Source: a virus. From it: a DNA stretch of 64,000 bases. Numbering within the stretch: position 1 is the first letter of the stretch; every line of letters begins with the position of its first letter. The stretch is taken from positions 5,099 through 69,098 of the IMG/VR virus record IMGVR_UViG_3300034160_000027. One strand, 5' to 3'. Shown one piece after another: positions 20,494 to 30,986 of this stretch. A model generated the notes under the pieces. It was not told where the DNA came from and did not search any database. It saw only the letters and a list, made by a program, of their open reading frames with translations. The position numbers were made by a program, and so were the translations under genes.

Positions 20494-20817
20494 TCATGCA
20501 GCGTGAAAGACCGGGCTTCCGTCTTCTTTCGTTCCGTAGGTTACCGCCACCCAATCCAAGCATGAACTCCCATCATCATACTTAACACCCTTCATATATA
20601 CTATAAATTTGTCTCGTTTCTGTTTAGAACGGTCGCTTTCTGGCCATCCGGCTTTACTCCCATCGGGGCAGACCAAGAATGTCATAAACCCATTCAGCAC
20701 CCTCACGCCGGGGCCTATTACTTTGAGCCCCGTCTTACGCGCCTCATCCGCTGCGGCGGCTATCGCCTCCGCGTTCCAACTCGTTACAACGATAGCGTGG
20801 TGTACTATATGACTCAT
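20494..20817 (-). CDS. Hypothetical protein (paralog of upstream gene)
   Basis: MSH...HAIVVTS, F.VCPD and WV.V.YG..EDG.PV motifs shared with 20814..21137. Confidence 0.65.
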   Translation of the reverse strand: MSHIVHHAIVVTSWNAEAIAAAADEARKTGLKVIGPGVRVLNGFMTFLVCPDGSKAGWPESDRSKQKRDKFIVYMKGVKYDDGSSCLDWVAVTYGTKEDGSPVFHAA

Positions 20818-21137
20818 TGCTTTGCTCTTGATATGCAAGTTAAGACCGGATTTCCATCTTCTCCTATACCGTAAGATATCGTTACCCACTCCACTCCCTC
20901 GTGTAACTCAACGCTTTTTATGAATCGGTCGGTGGTCAACCTATCCGGGCAGACTACGAATACCGTGAAAATGTTTTTTATCACTGTGCTAGAGACTAGA
21001 ATTTCGAGACCTTTCTTACGAGCGTCCCTGTTACCTGTGTGGCATAGCCAAGCTGCAAGACCCACTTTGCGCGCCTCTTGCGTTATATCGTCAAGAGTAT
21101 CAAGAGACCGGCTTGTTACGATAATCGCGTGGCTCAT
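20814..21137 (-). CDS. Hypothetical protein (paralog of downstream gene)
   Basis: MSHAIIVTS, FVVCPD and WVTISYG..EDGNPV. Confidence 0.65.
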   Translation of the reverse strand: MSHAIIVTSRSLDTLDDITQEARKVGLAAWLCHTGNRDARKKGLEILVSSTVIKNIFTVFVVCPDRLTTDRFIKSVELHEGVEWVTISYGIGEDGNPVLTCISRAKQ

Positions 21138-21891
21138 TGCTGCTTCCCCGGTAAGCAGACGTACCAACGTCGCTCGGGCTCTGTAGACGTGCTGGCCCAG
21201 TCCCGGCCTGCTTCTTCACACCGCTCTTGCGATGGCGCGGAGACGGCGTAGGACTCCAATTCGTGGAACGGAGTGATAGAGGCCAAGAGTAGTAGGACGT
21301 ACATAGTCAAGCCGACGCTTCGTCCACCAACCGGATGACCTCGGCCTTGAGACGCAGCAGCACAAGCTGCCATACGGCAATATCCGCGGGCTCGGTACGC
21401 TCGCGCCAGTTTGTTTCGAGCGCGAAGCACTCGTTCAACGTGATCGCTTGCGCCATGCGGAGAATGTCGGGGTCAATCTTTTCGATGTTCATCTTGTTAA
21501 TCCGGAAGCTCAACACTTACCGCAGTGCGGGCAGACGTAGGTCTCGTAGTCGCCCCCACCAAGTAGTAGGATGTATATCACTGCGCGCCTCGTACCGCTG
21601 GCATGTCCCATAACTTCACGGGAAACGCTGGCGGGTTAGTAAGGACTTTCCACTCGTCTTGACTGCACGCGGGCTCGAACCCGCGAGGGCCGCCGAGGGA
21701 GGGTGATTGCCGGCCTATCTTCTTCCCGCTAAGGTCGTACAGGACCACATCAACGAATCCGTCGTATACGTCTCTTGCCACACCGAAGAAGTTGGTTGAC
21801 GCGGATACCAGCCAGTCTCCTTTCTTCATCATGGGTCGCTCTGTTAATGTTTATGGACGAAGTATGCCAGAAACCACCACCCCGTCGCTCA

Positions 21892-22416
21892 TTATCCGAC
21901 GAGCGGTAGGTCAAGGGCCTTGAGCACCTGTGCATAAGCCTCGTCACCGCACTTCAAGGCCGGCCACAACCCGAGGTCGATGACCTTGACGCCCCATGCC
22001 TTGGCGATCCGGAGGGCCTGGCCCGTGCCACCCTCACCCCTGCCGCCCTCCGTCCAGCACACCACGAGGCCCACCGGACTCTTCAGGCCTGGACCGAGGA
22101 CGATGAAGCCGTTGCGTGCGTGAAGCATCTGAGCGGCCTGCGTGCAGCGGCCCCACGCTGGGTGGAACCGCTTGGCGAGCCATAGGGCTGCGTCTGTGAT
22201 GGGTGGGCAGTCGGCGTAGAGCCCGTTGTAGCCTTGCCACGGGAGATAGAGTTCCAGTGGGCCTGTGCCGCAGCCCGCCCTGAACGCTTCGTCGGCACCC
22301 AAGGCGCCACCTGTCCGCAGCCTATCGCCTCGGGCAGCGGCTTCGTGCGCGTACCGGCTCATGAAGTTGAGGATGTGGTGCGGGGTCTCTCGGGAGCCAA
22401 TACCGGCGTAGATCAC
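21892..22416 (-). CDS. SLOG-superfamily (DprA/Smf-like) nucleotide-binding protein
   Basis: Motifs YAGIGSRETP, LRTGGA.GAD, LHARN, VCWT and GGTGQA. Confidence 0.8.
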   Translation of the reverse strand: MIYAGIGSRETPHHILNFMSRYAHEAAARGDRLRTGGALGADEAFRAGCGTGPLELYLPWQGYNGLYADCPPITDAALWLAKRFHPAWGRCTQAAQMLHARNGFIVLGPGLKSPVGLVVCWTEGGRGEGGTGQALRIAKAWGVKVIDLGLWPALKCGDEAYAQVLKALDLPLVG

Positions 22417-22881
22417 GGCAGTACATCCTCTAGTCCCGTGGGCGACGCTAGGAACACCAAGCTGCCGTACAAGGTGTGCGAGCTATGGGTTGCCACGACT
22501 CCATGCTCGTCACAATGATAGGAGGTCTCGTCCAAGCGGTATCCGTCGTCAAGAGAGCTACACACGTCCTTTTGCAAAACTGCCCCGCAGACAGGACAGT
22601 TAAGCGTCTTTGTGTTTTTCTGGAATGGCTGACAAATAGGCGGTGGAAACATCGTATTAACCCTCCATCCAGGCCAGCATCTCTTCGGGTGAACGCTCGT
22701 CCGGGAACACTGCGAATTTCCTTTCAGGAAAGGACTCAGGGCGCATTTCAGAGATTTGCGTCTGCTCGGTGTCGCTGAACTGCAAGCAGATCGGCTCGAT
22801 GGAAGAGTCATACCAAGTGTCTTGGATTTTCACGCGCATGATCTTACCTTTGGTGGGATGCTGTGACTTATGTAGGTCGCG

Positions 22882-23268
22882 CTAAAACTGCCCGTTCTTG
22901 ATACGTGCGCGAAGGAGGGCGTCCCAGGATGGGACGACAGGAACCTCGTTTTGCCGGCAGTACTCTATGTGCACCGGACAGTGTTCGCCATGCCCTGATC
23001 CGTTGCGTAATATGTTCCTGGGATATTGGCACGTGCACTTCGGTGCTCGCGCGGCGCTACCAGTGGTGGTTGGAATACCATTTTGCCGGTAGCACGCGAG
23101 GTGCACAGGGCAATGAACAGCGTGCCCGGACTCGGTATACGCAATGGTCAATGGGTAGAGACATTTGCACTTTGGCGCGTTTGCATTCGGTGCTGCCTTC
23201 TGTGCACTGTCCGGAGGGGAGGTCGGCACATCGTCCACGTGGGTGATAATGTCTGCGATAGTGATCAT
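22882..23268 (-). CDS. Protein with duplicated CxC-x12-H-x3-C putative Zn-binding module
   Basis: KCKCLYP...SGHAVHCPVH and KCTCQYP...SGHGEHCPVH. Confidence 0.6.
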   Translation of the reverse strand: MITIADIITHVDDVPTSPPDSAQKAAPNANAPKCKCLYPLTIAYTESGHAVHCPVHLACYRQNGIPTTTGSAARAPKCTCQYPRNILRNGSGHGEHCPVHIEYCRQNEVPVVPSWDALLRARIKNGQF

Positions 23269-23788
23269 TATTAAGTCTCCTCTTCAGGTGGAGTTGCACG
23301 CTCGTATAGGCGTATATTACGAAATTCAAAGAGAGAAAACGCCGTGTGCCGGTACTTGTGGAATTTCCAAAACACGCGCTCTTGGTGTGTGCACGGGCTG
23401 CTACGGTACCGCAGCTCTCCCTGCTTTCTTAGCACGCGCGGGATTTTCCGGAAGTACTCTGCCTTGGTTTGTCTCACGTACACAGGGTACACTACAAAAA
23501 TCATGGCTTTTTCCATCACGTCTGTGTCGTGAGGCATAGTAGCAAACTCTGCGGACTCCATTTATCTATCCGACGAACGGTACTACGTGCGTTGCGAAGC
23601 CCCGGGTGGACGAGTTCTGACGGGGATGTCTAGCGGCGCCTGAAGCGCGCAGCCCCTTATGATACGAGGGTCCTTAGACCACACGTTTAAGATGCACCTT
23701 GACGCACCAAACCAAGGCCGCGGGGCGAACGGGTGCAAGCACGCTCCCTTGTCGTATAATTTACAGTTTTGTTCCACCTTTGTCTCCT

Positions 23789-24353
23789 TCACGGCACGGG
23801 GCACATCGGGTTTGGTAATGGTGCGTCTAAGCACCCGTGGCCGCTCATGACGCCATTTGCCGTGGCTTTCCAATAATGGCCTGCTTTACATTTGAACGTA
23901 CTTTTCTCATTCACATTACCGGCATATTCTACGCAACTAATATCTTTCGCGCGCAATCGTATATTTACTTCTTCATGCGATAGCCTAGCGTTTCCCGCGC
24001 ATGAAGGGCACCCAGTTCCTAGTGTGACGTGGCTGGCTGGCTGTCGCGTTCCAAACGTGCCCTTTCGCGCAAATGAAAGAGCTTTTCCCTTCTACGCGTC
24101 CCGCATACTCTACACACTTTATGCCGCGGCCTGCTAAACGTCTATTTACTTCCTCATGTGACACGGGAAAGTTTCCCGCGCACGCTGAGCACCCGCTACC
24201 TCTCAACACGCTACTAGCTGAAGTAACCCATGTGTGTCCTGCTTTACATAAGAACATGCTCTTCCCCAATACGTTCCCGGCGAAGATTTGGCATACTATA
24301 CCCCTGTCATCAAGTGATAGTAGGTCGTTCACAACTTGAAGGGTGTACGCCAT
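23789..24353 (-). pseudogene. Frameshifted zinc-ribbon-repeat protein (homing-endonuclease-type DNA-binding repeats)
   Basis: Three C..GH.W......GC..C repeats. The frame is broken by an extra 4-nt unit at 24031-24043; removing it restores HVTLGTGCPSCAGN...CKAGHYW. Confidence 0.8.
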
Positions 24354-24356
24354 GCT

Positions 24357-26456
24357 TCAGTCCTTTCTATATCGTTTAGCATTTGCGTAGCCGTCGGCTC
24401 CGAGGTAGAACCCCGCATCCATCCACGGGAGTTTTCGTGTCATGCAGCCGAGTATACGGTCATACGCGGTAGGATCGTCCAATCTGGTCAAGCAGATCGC
24501 CTCATCGTACGTGCTACCTACCAGTTCTATTAGTGGATCGGCGTCGATGAGTTCAAGCCCAGGGTACAACACGTCACGACACATTGCCTGGGTGTCATTT
24601 TCGCTGCATCCCCCACCCCAGGTGGAGATAAAAGACCATGCTCCGGAGCGGTCCTGGTCTTTACCCCAGTATGTTAAGGACTCCACTGAATAGATGCTAC
24701 CGTCCTTCTTGCTTCGCATCTCCCGTCGTATGATCTCGGGCTTGTAATAGAATAGCGTTCTCCCGCTCGGGATAGTGCAATGCAAGAACGTCCCATCATA
24801 GAAATACGCGATACGCGGCCACTGGCGGTACGTGTGAAACTTAGCGCCGAACTCGGAAAAAGACTCACACGCATAGGCAAAGAAAGGCTGCCCGGGATTG
24901 CGGATTGCGTTCTTCGCCGCTGTCTCCAGGTTGCGCCATAGGAGGGGGATTTCCGGAAACGACTTACGAAACACTTCGACCATCTTCTCTCCTACCTCTT
25001 CTTCCATGATAACACCTATCGCCTTTGCGTATCTGACGATAGCAGACCCGCTGCCGCCGTACCCACACGACAAAACAGGCGCTTTTGAAAACGTGCGTTG
25101 CTGCTTGGTTACCGCATCATATGGTATACCATAATAGCGTGTAGCGAAGTCTTTGTACGTGTCTTTACCTTCATGAAACAGATCAAGGATCGTCTGGCAA
25201 CCAGCGAGCCATGCAAGACCCACTGACTCTATGCTCTTGAGGTCTACCGCAGTTATGCCATAGCCCTCTGGCGCTTTGATTGCGCCTCGCACGCTAGACC
25301 CGAGCATAGGCATCAACCCCTGCTTGCCGCCCACCCAGAACTTGATGTTCTCCGGGTCTCCCGTCTCGACCCAATCGGCCGTCCAGTCAGAGAGATCGGC
25401 GTTCCACCCTTTCTGCGAGAGCTTTGGTCTCTCTAGATTCGCTAAATTGATGCCCCGGGACGCATCGCGTCCGGTCCTCGACGCACCGCATAGCGTATAC
25501 GCGTTATTGATGCGACCGTTGACCTGTTTATCGGCCATCGCCTGGAACTTCTTCACGGAAGCACTACCAATAGCCATCCGCGCATTAAGCACTTCTGCTA
25601 CGACTTCCGGCATATCGGGGTCTTCCAGCACATCCCGAATAACAGGGGCCTGCATGTTCGGCATCGGGTAGCCCTGTTCTGCGCACCACGTAAGCAATTG
25701 CTGCACGCTGTTCGGATTACTCAAGCCTGTTAACTCTTTCATCCGTGCCATCAGGCGCTTAGTTTCAAAAGCCTGTAACTTTAACGCGCCATTGATAGTC
25801 TCCATGCTCACGGGGATACCACGCGCGTTAATACGCTGGTTGAGTAGCCACTGGCGCTGAAGCGTAGCGATCATCGGGTAGAACGCAGGTTGGTCAAGCA
25901 CCGCGAGGCACTTGCGCAGTAGGGCTACCTCCACGTAAGCATCGTTCTTGCAGTAGTCCGCAAACAGCGCCCACTTCTCCGGGTTATCGTACCAGGGTGT
26001 CTCCTGCTTGCAGAAGATGTTAATCAGTCGCTTTCCCTCCGCGCTCTTCTTCAGCGGATTGCCGTACTGATCGCGCACGTCGAACTGCTTTAATACGTCG
26101 TCGAGAGTCCCAGCGAACGCGAGAATGTAGGCGATTAGTTGAATGTCGAGCCACTTGCTCTTATCAGTCTTGATACCAAGTCGTAGCATCGCCTCGTAGT
26201 CGAAGGCCGCATTGAATGCGGCGTACATGCACTCCTCTGGCGGCAACGCGGCCGTCTCGGTAAGCATTCCCGGAACTGTGTGAAGATGCGGCTGGTAGAG
26301 GAACGTGCTCTCAGAGTGCAAGTCCTGGAACCCGAGCATCAGCGTGCGTGTGCGCTTGTCCGCCCAGTAGCGAGCGGCACCGTGCTTCTTTAGATCGATG
26401 GGGCTGGATGTCTCGGCGTCCAGGACGATGATGCGCTTGGTGAGGCCGAGGATCAT
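24357..26456 (-). CDS. Family A DNA polymerase with 3'-5' exonuclease domain
   Basis: Exo motifs DAET, FNAAFD and YCKND; polymerase motifs TGR, A (DLKSIE), B (R...K...L...YG), EN.TQA and C (TYDE). Confidence 0.93.
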   Translation of the reverse strand: MILGLTKRIIVLDAETSSPIDLKKHGAARYWADKRTRTLMLGFQDLHSESTFLYQPHLHTVPGMLTETAALPPEECMYAAFNAAFDYEAMLRLGIKTDKSKWLDIQLIAYILAFAGTLDDVLKQFDVRDQYGNPLKKSAEGKRLINIFCKQETPWYDNPEKWALFADYCKNDAYVEVALLRKCLAVLDQPAFYPMIATLQRQWLLNQRINARGIPVSMETINGALKLQAFETKRLMARMKELTGLSNPNSVQQLLTWCAEQGYPMPNMQAPVIRDVLEDPDMPEVVAEVLNARMAIGSASVKKFQAMADKQVNGRINNAYTLCGASRTGRDASRGINLANLERPKLSQKGWNADLSDWTADWVETGDPENIKFWVGGKQGLMPMLGSSVRGAIKAPEGYGITAVDLKSIESVGLAWLAGCQTILDLFHEGKDTYKDFATRYYGIPYDAVTKQQRTFSKAPVLSCGYGGSGSAIVRYAKAIGVIMEEEVGEKMVEVFRKSFPEIPLLWRNLETAAKNAIRNPGQPFFAYACESFSEFGAKFHTYRQWPRIAYFYDGTFLHCTIPSGRTLFYYKPEIIRREMRSKKDGSIYSVESLTYWGKDQDRSGAWSFISTWGGGCSENDTQAMCRDVLYPGLELIDADPLIELVGSTYDEAICLTRLDDPTAYDRILGCMTRKLPWMDAGFYLGADGYANAKRYRKD

Positions 26457-27103
26457 GACGATTTACTAAACTCAATAATCGCGTTAATGAAAGCCTTCCA
26501 TTGCTCCACGGTGAACTGTAGCTCCCCGTACTCTTGCACGCCGTCAAGGTACAAACCCGTGCTCGTGTACTTAATGTGTGAGTCTTTCCCCTTCGGCGCC
26601 CACCGTGCTCCTCGTATCGACGTGCCCCACTCTATACGGTTTGCGAAGAAGGGCATGTTTACCATGACCAGGAACCATTGGTAGTTATCCGTGTCCTTGA
26701 TATACTCGTACGTGGTACCGTCACTTACCGCCCCGCATACTTCGAGGGCTTTGGTGGCAAATAACTCGTCCATGTCGCCATCGTCAGTCGTGAAGTCGAA
26801 TACAAATGACCCGAGGTAACTGAGTCTAGTAAAATCGTGGTCCTCTTGCGTGGCCACGAAACCTTCTTCCAACGCTTGCCGGTATTTGCTCTCAGGTATC
26901 ATTTTTTCATTCCACCAAAGCCACAGGCCAACAGGCCACAAAGTCAGCACCAACGGTTGTGCGAACCACGCGACTTTACGAGGGCAGTCTTTGTACCAGT
27001 TGTACATTTGCTTGTCTTCCGTGTCTATGCCGGACCAGACGAAAGAACCTACTACTAGGTTAAGAGAGAAAAGCAGAAAGCCGATGACGATACCTGTAGT
27101 CAT
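26453..27103 (-). CDS. Hypothetical protein with N-terminal membrane segment
   Basis: Coupled between the MTase and polymerase genes; contains EWGTSIRGA. Confidence 0.6.
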   Translation of the reverse strand: MTTGIVIGFLLFSLNLVVGSFVWSGIDTEDKQMYNWYKDCPRKVAWFAQPLVLTLWPVGLWLWWNEKMIPESKYRQALEEGFVATQEDHDFTRLSYLGSFVFDFTTDDGDMDELFATKALEVCGAVSDGTTYEYIKDTDNYQWFLVMVNMPFFANRIEWGTSIRGARWAPKGKDSHIKYTSTGLYLDGVQEYGELQFTVEQWKAFINAIIEFSKSS

Positions 27104-28314
27104 TACTTTAACCCCATATATGCACGAATGAACATTTCAGCCAACGGCGCCACGATGGCGTTTCCGTACCCTTCGATCATGCCTTTTGCCCACGGGCCTT
27201 CCGTGCGGAACGGGTGGGTGCCATCGGGGAACAGTGATCCCATATCGACGGCAGTCCGATCAACCAGCGCGGAAGAGCCGGATTCAGCCGGCCGCCACAG
27301 TCCATCCGTGCAGAAGAGCCAATCAGCAATAGCCCATGCACCGTTAACCGGACCGGGCCTTTGCACAACCAGACTTGGCGCCCCAAGAGTCCGTTCGTTG
27401 GCGCTGTGCCGTCCGAGGTCCTGTCCTTCCAGTCCCGCGATGTTGGAGTTGCCCACGAGGCTAGGCACGCCGCCGTTTGGATGTTCAAACCACCCTCCCG
27501 GCCCGCTGAGCCCGCACCCGTTGTCGCCGATGCTGTTGGAGTCGGCCACGAGGTTAGGCACGCTACAGCACTCAGGTCTGGCCCCTTGCTGCGCATTGCC
27601 TCCTGCCGTCCGCCTTCCACCGTGCGCACTGCTTTGTCCGCCAACGAGGCTGTCGGTGTCGGCCAACCCGTCCACTTGACCGCCCCCGGCAACTTCAGCG
27701 CGATCTTGCGCGAGCCGTCCTCGTTCACTCCCTTCACGTAGCAGTGTGTGCTCCCGAGTCCATCGTTCATCAGGGGCGTGGGCCACCCAGTACAGTCGCT
27801 CCCTTTCGTGCGGAGCGCCGACGCACGCAGCATTGGTAACAACCGCCCCTGTGGTGTAATGTGCTCTTTCCAAGTCTGCTTGTACAACGTCGATCCAAGC
27901 GGGGCTACCAGCGTCTTTAAGGACGCCGCTAGAAGGGCCGATAACGTCGGAGGACGAGACCTGTTCTCCGAAGATAACGGGTGGTCGGCAGGCTCGTATG
28001 AGTCTGTAGAAATCAGGCCATAGGTTTCGTTCGTCATCGTGTCCTTTGCGGAGTCCCGCAACTGAGTAGGATTGACATGGGCACGAGCCCGACCAAACAG
28101 GCTCATCATCAGGCCAACCTGCTTTACGCAGTGCATACGACCACACGCCAATGCCCGCAAACATATGCACTTGGCAGAACCATGCGAGGTCTTGTGGTTG
28201 CACGTCAACGATAGATCGCTCGTCTACGACGCCCGGGGCTATCGCGCCCTCCGCGATCAGGTTACGTAGCCATTGAGCGGCGTAGGGGTTTATCTCGTTG
28301 TAGTAGGCTACCAC
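27103..28314 (-). CDS. DNA cytosine-C5 methyltransferase, alpha chain (motifs I-VIII and X)
   Basis: FAGIG (I), SCPCQ (IV), EQV (VI), H.RERLY (VIII) and GYGNAI (X). Confidence 0.9.
   Translation of the reverse strand: MVAYYNEINPYAAQWLRNLIAEGAIAPGVVDERSIVDVQPQDLAWFCQVHMFAGIGVWSYALRKAGWPDDEPVWSGSCPCQSYSVAGLRKGHDDERNLWPDFYRLIRACRPPVIFGEQVSSSDVIGPSSGVLKDAGSPAWIDVVQADLERAHYTTGAVVTNAACVGAPHERERLYWVAHAPDERWTREHTLLREGSERGRLAQDRAEVAGGGQVDGLADTDSLVGGQSSAHGGRRTAGGNAQQGARPECCSVPNLVADSNSIGDNGCGLSGPGGWFEHPNGGVPSLVGNSNIAGLEGQDLGRHSANERTLGAPSLVVQRPGPVNGAWAIADWLFCTDGLWRPAESGSSALVDRTAVDMGSLFPDGTHPFRTEGPWAKGMIEGYGNAIVAPLAEMFIRAYMGLK
27177..28208 (-). CDS. Overlapping out-of-frame beta chain of the C5 MTase (true start probably internal)
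   Basis: Four W[PA]TP repeats and a motif IX-like GRLNP...RWLIGLP in a long alternative frame nested in the alpha gene. Confidence 0.75.
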   Translation of the reverse strand: MTCNHKTSHGSAKCICLRALACGRMHCVKQVGLMMSLFGRARAHVNPTQLRDSAKDTMTNETYGLISTDSYEPADHPLSSENRSRPPTLSALLAASLKTLVAPLGSTLYKQTWKEHITPQGRLLPMLRASALRTKGSDCTGWPTPLMNDGLGSTHCYVKGVNEDGSRKIALKLPGAVKWTGWPTPTASLADKAVRTVEGGRQEAMRSKGPDLSAVACLTSWPTPTASATTGAGSAGREGGLNIQTAACLASWATPTSRDWKDRTSDGTAPTNGLLGRQVWLCKGPVRLTVHGLLLIGSSARMDCGGRLNPALPRWLIGLPSIWDHCSPMAPTRSARKARGQKA

Positions 28315-28535
28315 ACATACACCACTTCGGTGCCTCGCAAAACTGCTACATGAGCCGTGCCAGTGTTCGCATTTCTAGGGATATTGAACACGATCTCTCC
28401 TTGTGCTGCACCGTCTACGAACGGCACCGTCTGTCGTGTCCCGGGAATCTCGTTGGCAGGGTTTACGTCTCCTAACGCCGGGGGCTGAGAAAACAGTGCA
28501 ACATCTAGGTATTCTATGGTGCTCATGACGCACTC

Positions 28536-28793
28536 TTACATATACAAGAATTTTGTGTAGTCTGGGCGCATGTTAGAACCGAAGTCAGTACGCACGCGGA
28601 GGGGGTTATCCTCAAAGGGAAACGAGAGCCTTTTTCCGGTAAGTGCGTTATACGCCATCGTCTCTTGCGTCTCCCTCATACAGTCAAGAACTGATTCAGC
28701 GCACAACTCCTTCAGGCTAGCGATGGTAGCCGGGTGCATGGCGCACCCGGGCTTACGTCCAAGGGTCTCCAAGTCAAGCATTATTCTGTTCAT
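28536..28793 (-). pseudogene. Remnant of a DEDD 3'-5' exonuclease
   Basis: Starts with the ExoI-like MNRIMLDLETLG..PG.A, but later Exo motifs are absent. Confidence 0.5.
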
Positions 28794-29181
28794 CGTGCAC
28801 CTTGTTAGAATACCGGCAGAGACAAGGAATGTTGACAGGCTCTCCCCACGGGTAGGACCCTCCAGAATCTTCAAGCCCGGTGCCTTTGCATATTTTGCAA
28901 TGCGGGTCAGGACCACAAAGCACGGGCTCCTCGCTTTCATTAGGCGCCGCTGTACTTAAGTCCCACGCGACACTACTCATTGCACCAGTACCACATCAAA
29001 CGGTAGGCCCGTGTCTTCAGGCTCAAAGATAGTTGCTGATTCTGTAGGGGTCCATCCTCCAGTCGGCGTATATGTGTAGGTAGGGGTACCGTCAGGTACA
29101 TCCTTCAGGTAATCAATCAACTCGCGCTTTGTCATATCGTGCCTCCTGTTACCCGGCCCCCGAAGGGCCGGGCTCGTCGTG

Positions 29182-29985
29182 TTAATCGAACAGGCCGCCT
29201 TGCGCCGGGGCCAACGGTGCCGGGGCCTGCTGGAGAGGGGCAGGCGTGGGCCACGTGGCGGCGGTCGGGAGCAGGGCGCCGGGGCCTGCCACGTTCCCGT
29301 AGAGCGGGGCCTGCGACGGGTACAGAGGCGCGGGGACAGCAGGCGCCGTGCTGCCTCCGAACATCTGGCCCGGGGAGGGACGCGAGTCGAAGCGACCGAG
29401 GTCCCGCCCCGTGAACGCGACGCCATTTAGGCCCGCGGAGATGCCGACTTGCTGCCCGCCCTTGCTGTAGGCGTAGACGCTCACGTTGGCGAAGGCTTCA
29501 GCGCCCGGGTACACCGCCGCACGATCCACGAGGTCCACGGACCCGTTGATCGTATTACCATCCGGGGAGAGGATGGCCTGGTGGAGCACCGGCTTTGATG
29601 CCTCGGGGCTTGTGGTGATGAGCACCCAGCCCTTCGCGTTCGGGTCATCAGGCCACTCAGTCGGACCCCACACCAACGGGACCCGTAGGGACCCGGGAAT
29701 GCGGTTGGTCCACATGGCCGGGTCGCCGCCGATCTGCGCACGCAAGGGCGGGCGCATCCGCTCGTCCGGCCATTTGCGCATGTACGCCTCGTAGATGGCT
29801 TGCTGTACCAGTGGGATGAATTGCGGTGGCGCGTTATCGAGATGCAGGTTGCAAGAGTAACGCGGTGCGCCAGTTTCTTGTCCCTGCGACGTAACGCGGG
29901 CCGGCTCCCACAGATGGGGGTACGCAATGCGTACCCAGGGGATCGTGGGAATGCGTGGGCCGGAAGTAGTGGTAGGTGCGCTCAT
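29182..29985 (-). CDS. ssDNA-binding protein (DUF2815-like)
   Basis: VRIAYPHLWEP, RYS, VYPG, YAY....GISAGLNGV; sits in the DUF2800-DUF2815-polA context. Confidence 0.85.
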   Translation of the reverse strand: MSAPTTTSGPRIPTIPWVRIAYPHLWEPARVTSQGQETGAPRYSCNLHLDNAPPQFIPLVQQAIYEAYMRKWPDERMRPPLRAQIGGDPAMWTNRIPGSLRVPLVWGPTEWPDDPNAKGWVLITTSPEASKPVLHQAILSPDGNTINGSVDLVDRAAVYPGAEAFANVSVYAYSKGGQQVGISAGLNGVAFTGRDLGRFDSRPSPGQMFGGSTAPAVPAPLYPSQAPLYGNVAGPGALLPTAATWPTPAPLQQAPAPLAPAQGGLFD

Positions 29986-30986
29986 GTGAACATATCCTCA
30001 ACTTGAGTGTCGGTTGGGCCTTGAGCCACAATTGTGATAGCAGGCGCTTTAACGTCCTTGAATAAATCGTCTACTGTGACATCCGGCGCAGCGTATACCG
30101 TATCCGCACCTTCGCCGAACATAGCCTCCGGGTCTTTTGGGTTTGCCGCGGGCCGGGGATCGCTTATTGGTACCAACTGCAATGCTCCCGCGGGTTTCGT
30201 AACGAGGCGCTTGTACGCGTCCCATAACGTCGGAACGAAGTTCTCATTGCCGCGGGCCGCAGCTTTCAGCATCGTCTCCACTTGTGCCGGACTTTTCAGT
30301 TTTTGCTCGGTGATGTCCCTTTTACCAAGCCCTGTGGTCTTCTCGGTCGCCGGGTCCTTCCAGCGAATCTTCATGAGCGCCTGCATTACGCTCTCCGGGT
30401 TTTCAAAAGCCCAGTGTCGTTGGCTGTTACCCCGGATCAGCTTGAACGCGTTCGTGATAGCCGGCGGCGCGGTGCCGGTGCGGATACCCTCGTGTGCCCA
30501 CTCCTCGTAAGCGCGAATCATGCCACGCAAGATATCCGCGTTTTCCAGGAACTTGGCGACGGCTTCCGGGGCCATGCCGCCAGGCGCCTGTGTCGCCCAG
30601 TGACAGAGGTCACCACTGAAAGTGCTCGAATCGAAGTCCTTTGGGCTACCGACATCCGCGGAGACCCACTCCGCGTACTCCTTGCAGATAACGCGCGTCC
30701 CATCGGAACGATACCCGGCTTTCGCCGCGCAGAACTTGCATCCTTTCTCGCTCGCGACCCGAGGCGCCCCCGGCACGATAGCCGCGTAGGCACGGAGCAC
30801 GCGGGCCACGAACTGCTTGAGCATGTCATCCGTGACGACGAGTGAGCGAACGGTGCCGCGGTCGTCCGGAATGCGTGGTTGAGCGACGGTGATACGCATC
30901 CTCCGCGGCTCGGCGGAAGGCGCGATGAGCGCGGGGTCAAGCGCGCCGAGCAGGTAGAACATCAATTGCCCGTTTGGGTTAGTCAT
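29982..30986 (-). CDS. DUF2800 / Cas4-like PD-(D/E)XK nuclease, C-terminal part
   Basis: GGAGGT SD then ATG at 30986; N.QLMFY.LGA, QPR, CKFCAAK...C and KSPAQ.E motifs. Confidence 0.8.
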   Translation of the reverse strand: MTNPNGQLMFYLLGALDPALIAPSAEPRRMRITVAQPRIPDDRGTVRSLVVTDDMLKQFVARVLRAYAAIVPGAPRVASEKGCKFCAAKAGYRSDGTRVICKEYAEWVSADVGSPKDFDSSTFSGDLCHWATQAPGGMAPEAVAKFLENADILRGMIRAYEEWAHEGIRTGTAPPAITNAFKLIRGNSQRHWAFENPESVMQALMKIRWKDPATEKTTGLGKRDITEQKLKSPAQVETMLKAAARGNENFVPTLWDAYKRLVTKPAGALQLVPISDPRPAANPKDPEAMFGEGADTVYAAPDVTVDDLFKDVKAPAITIVAQGPTDTQVEDMFT

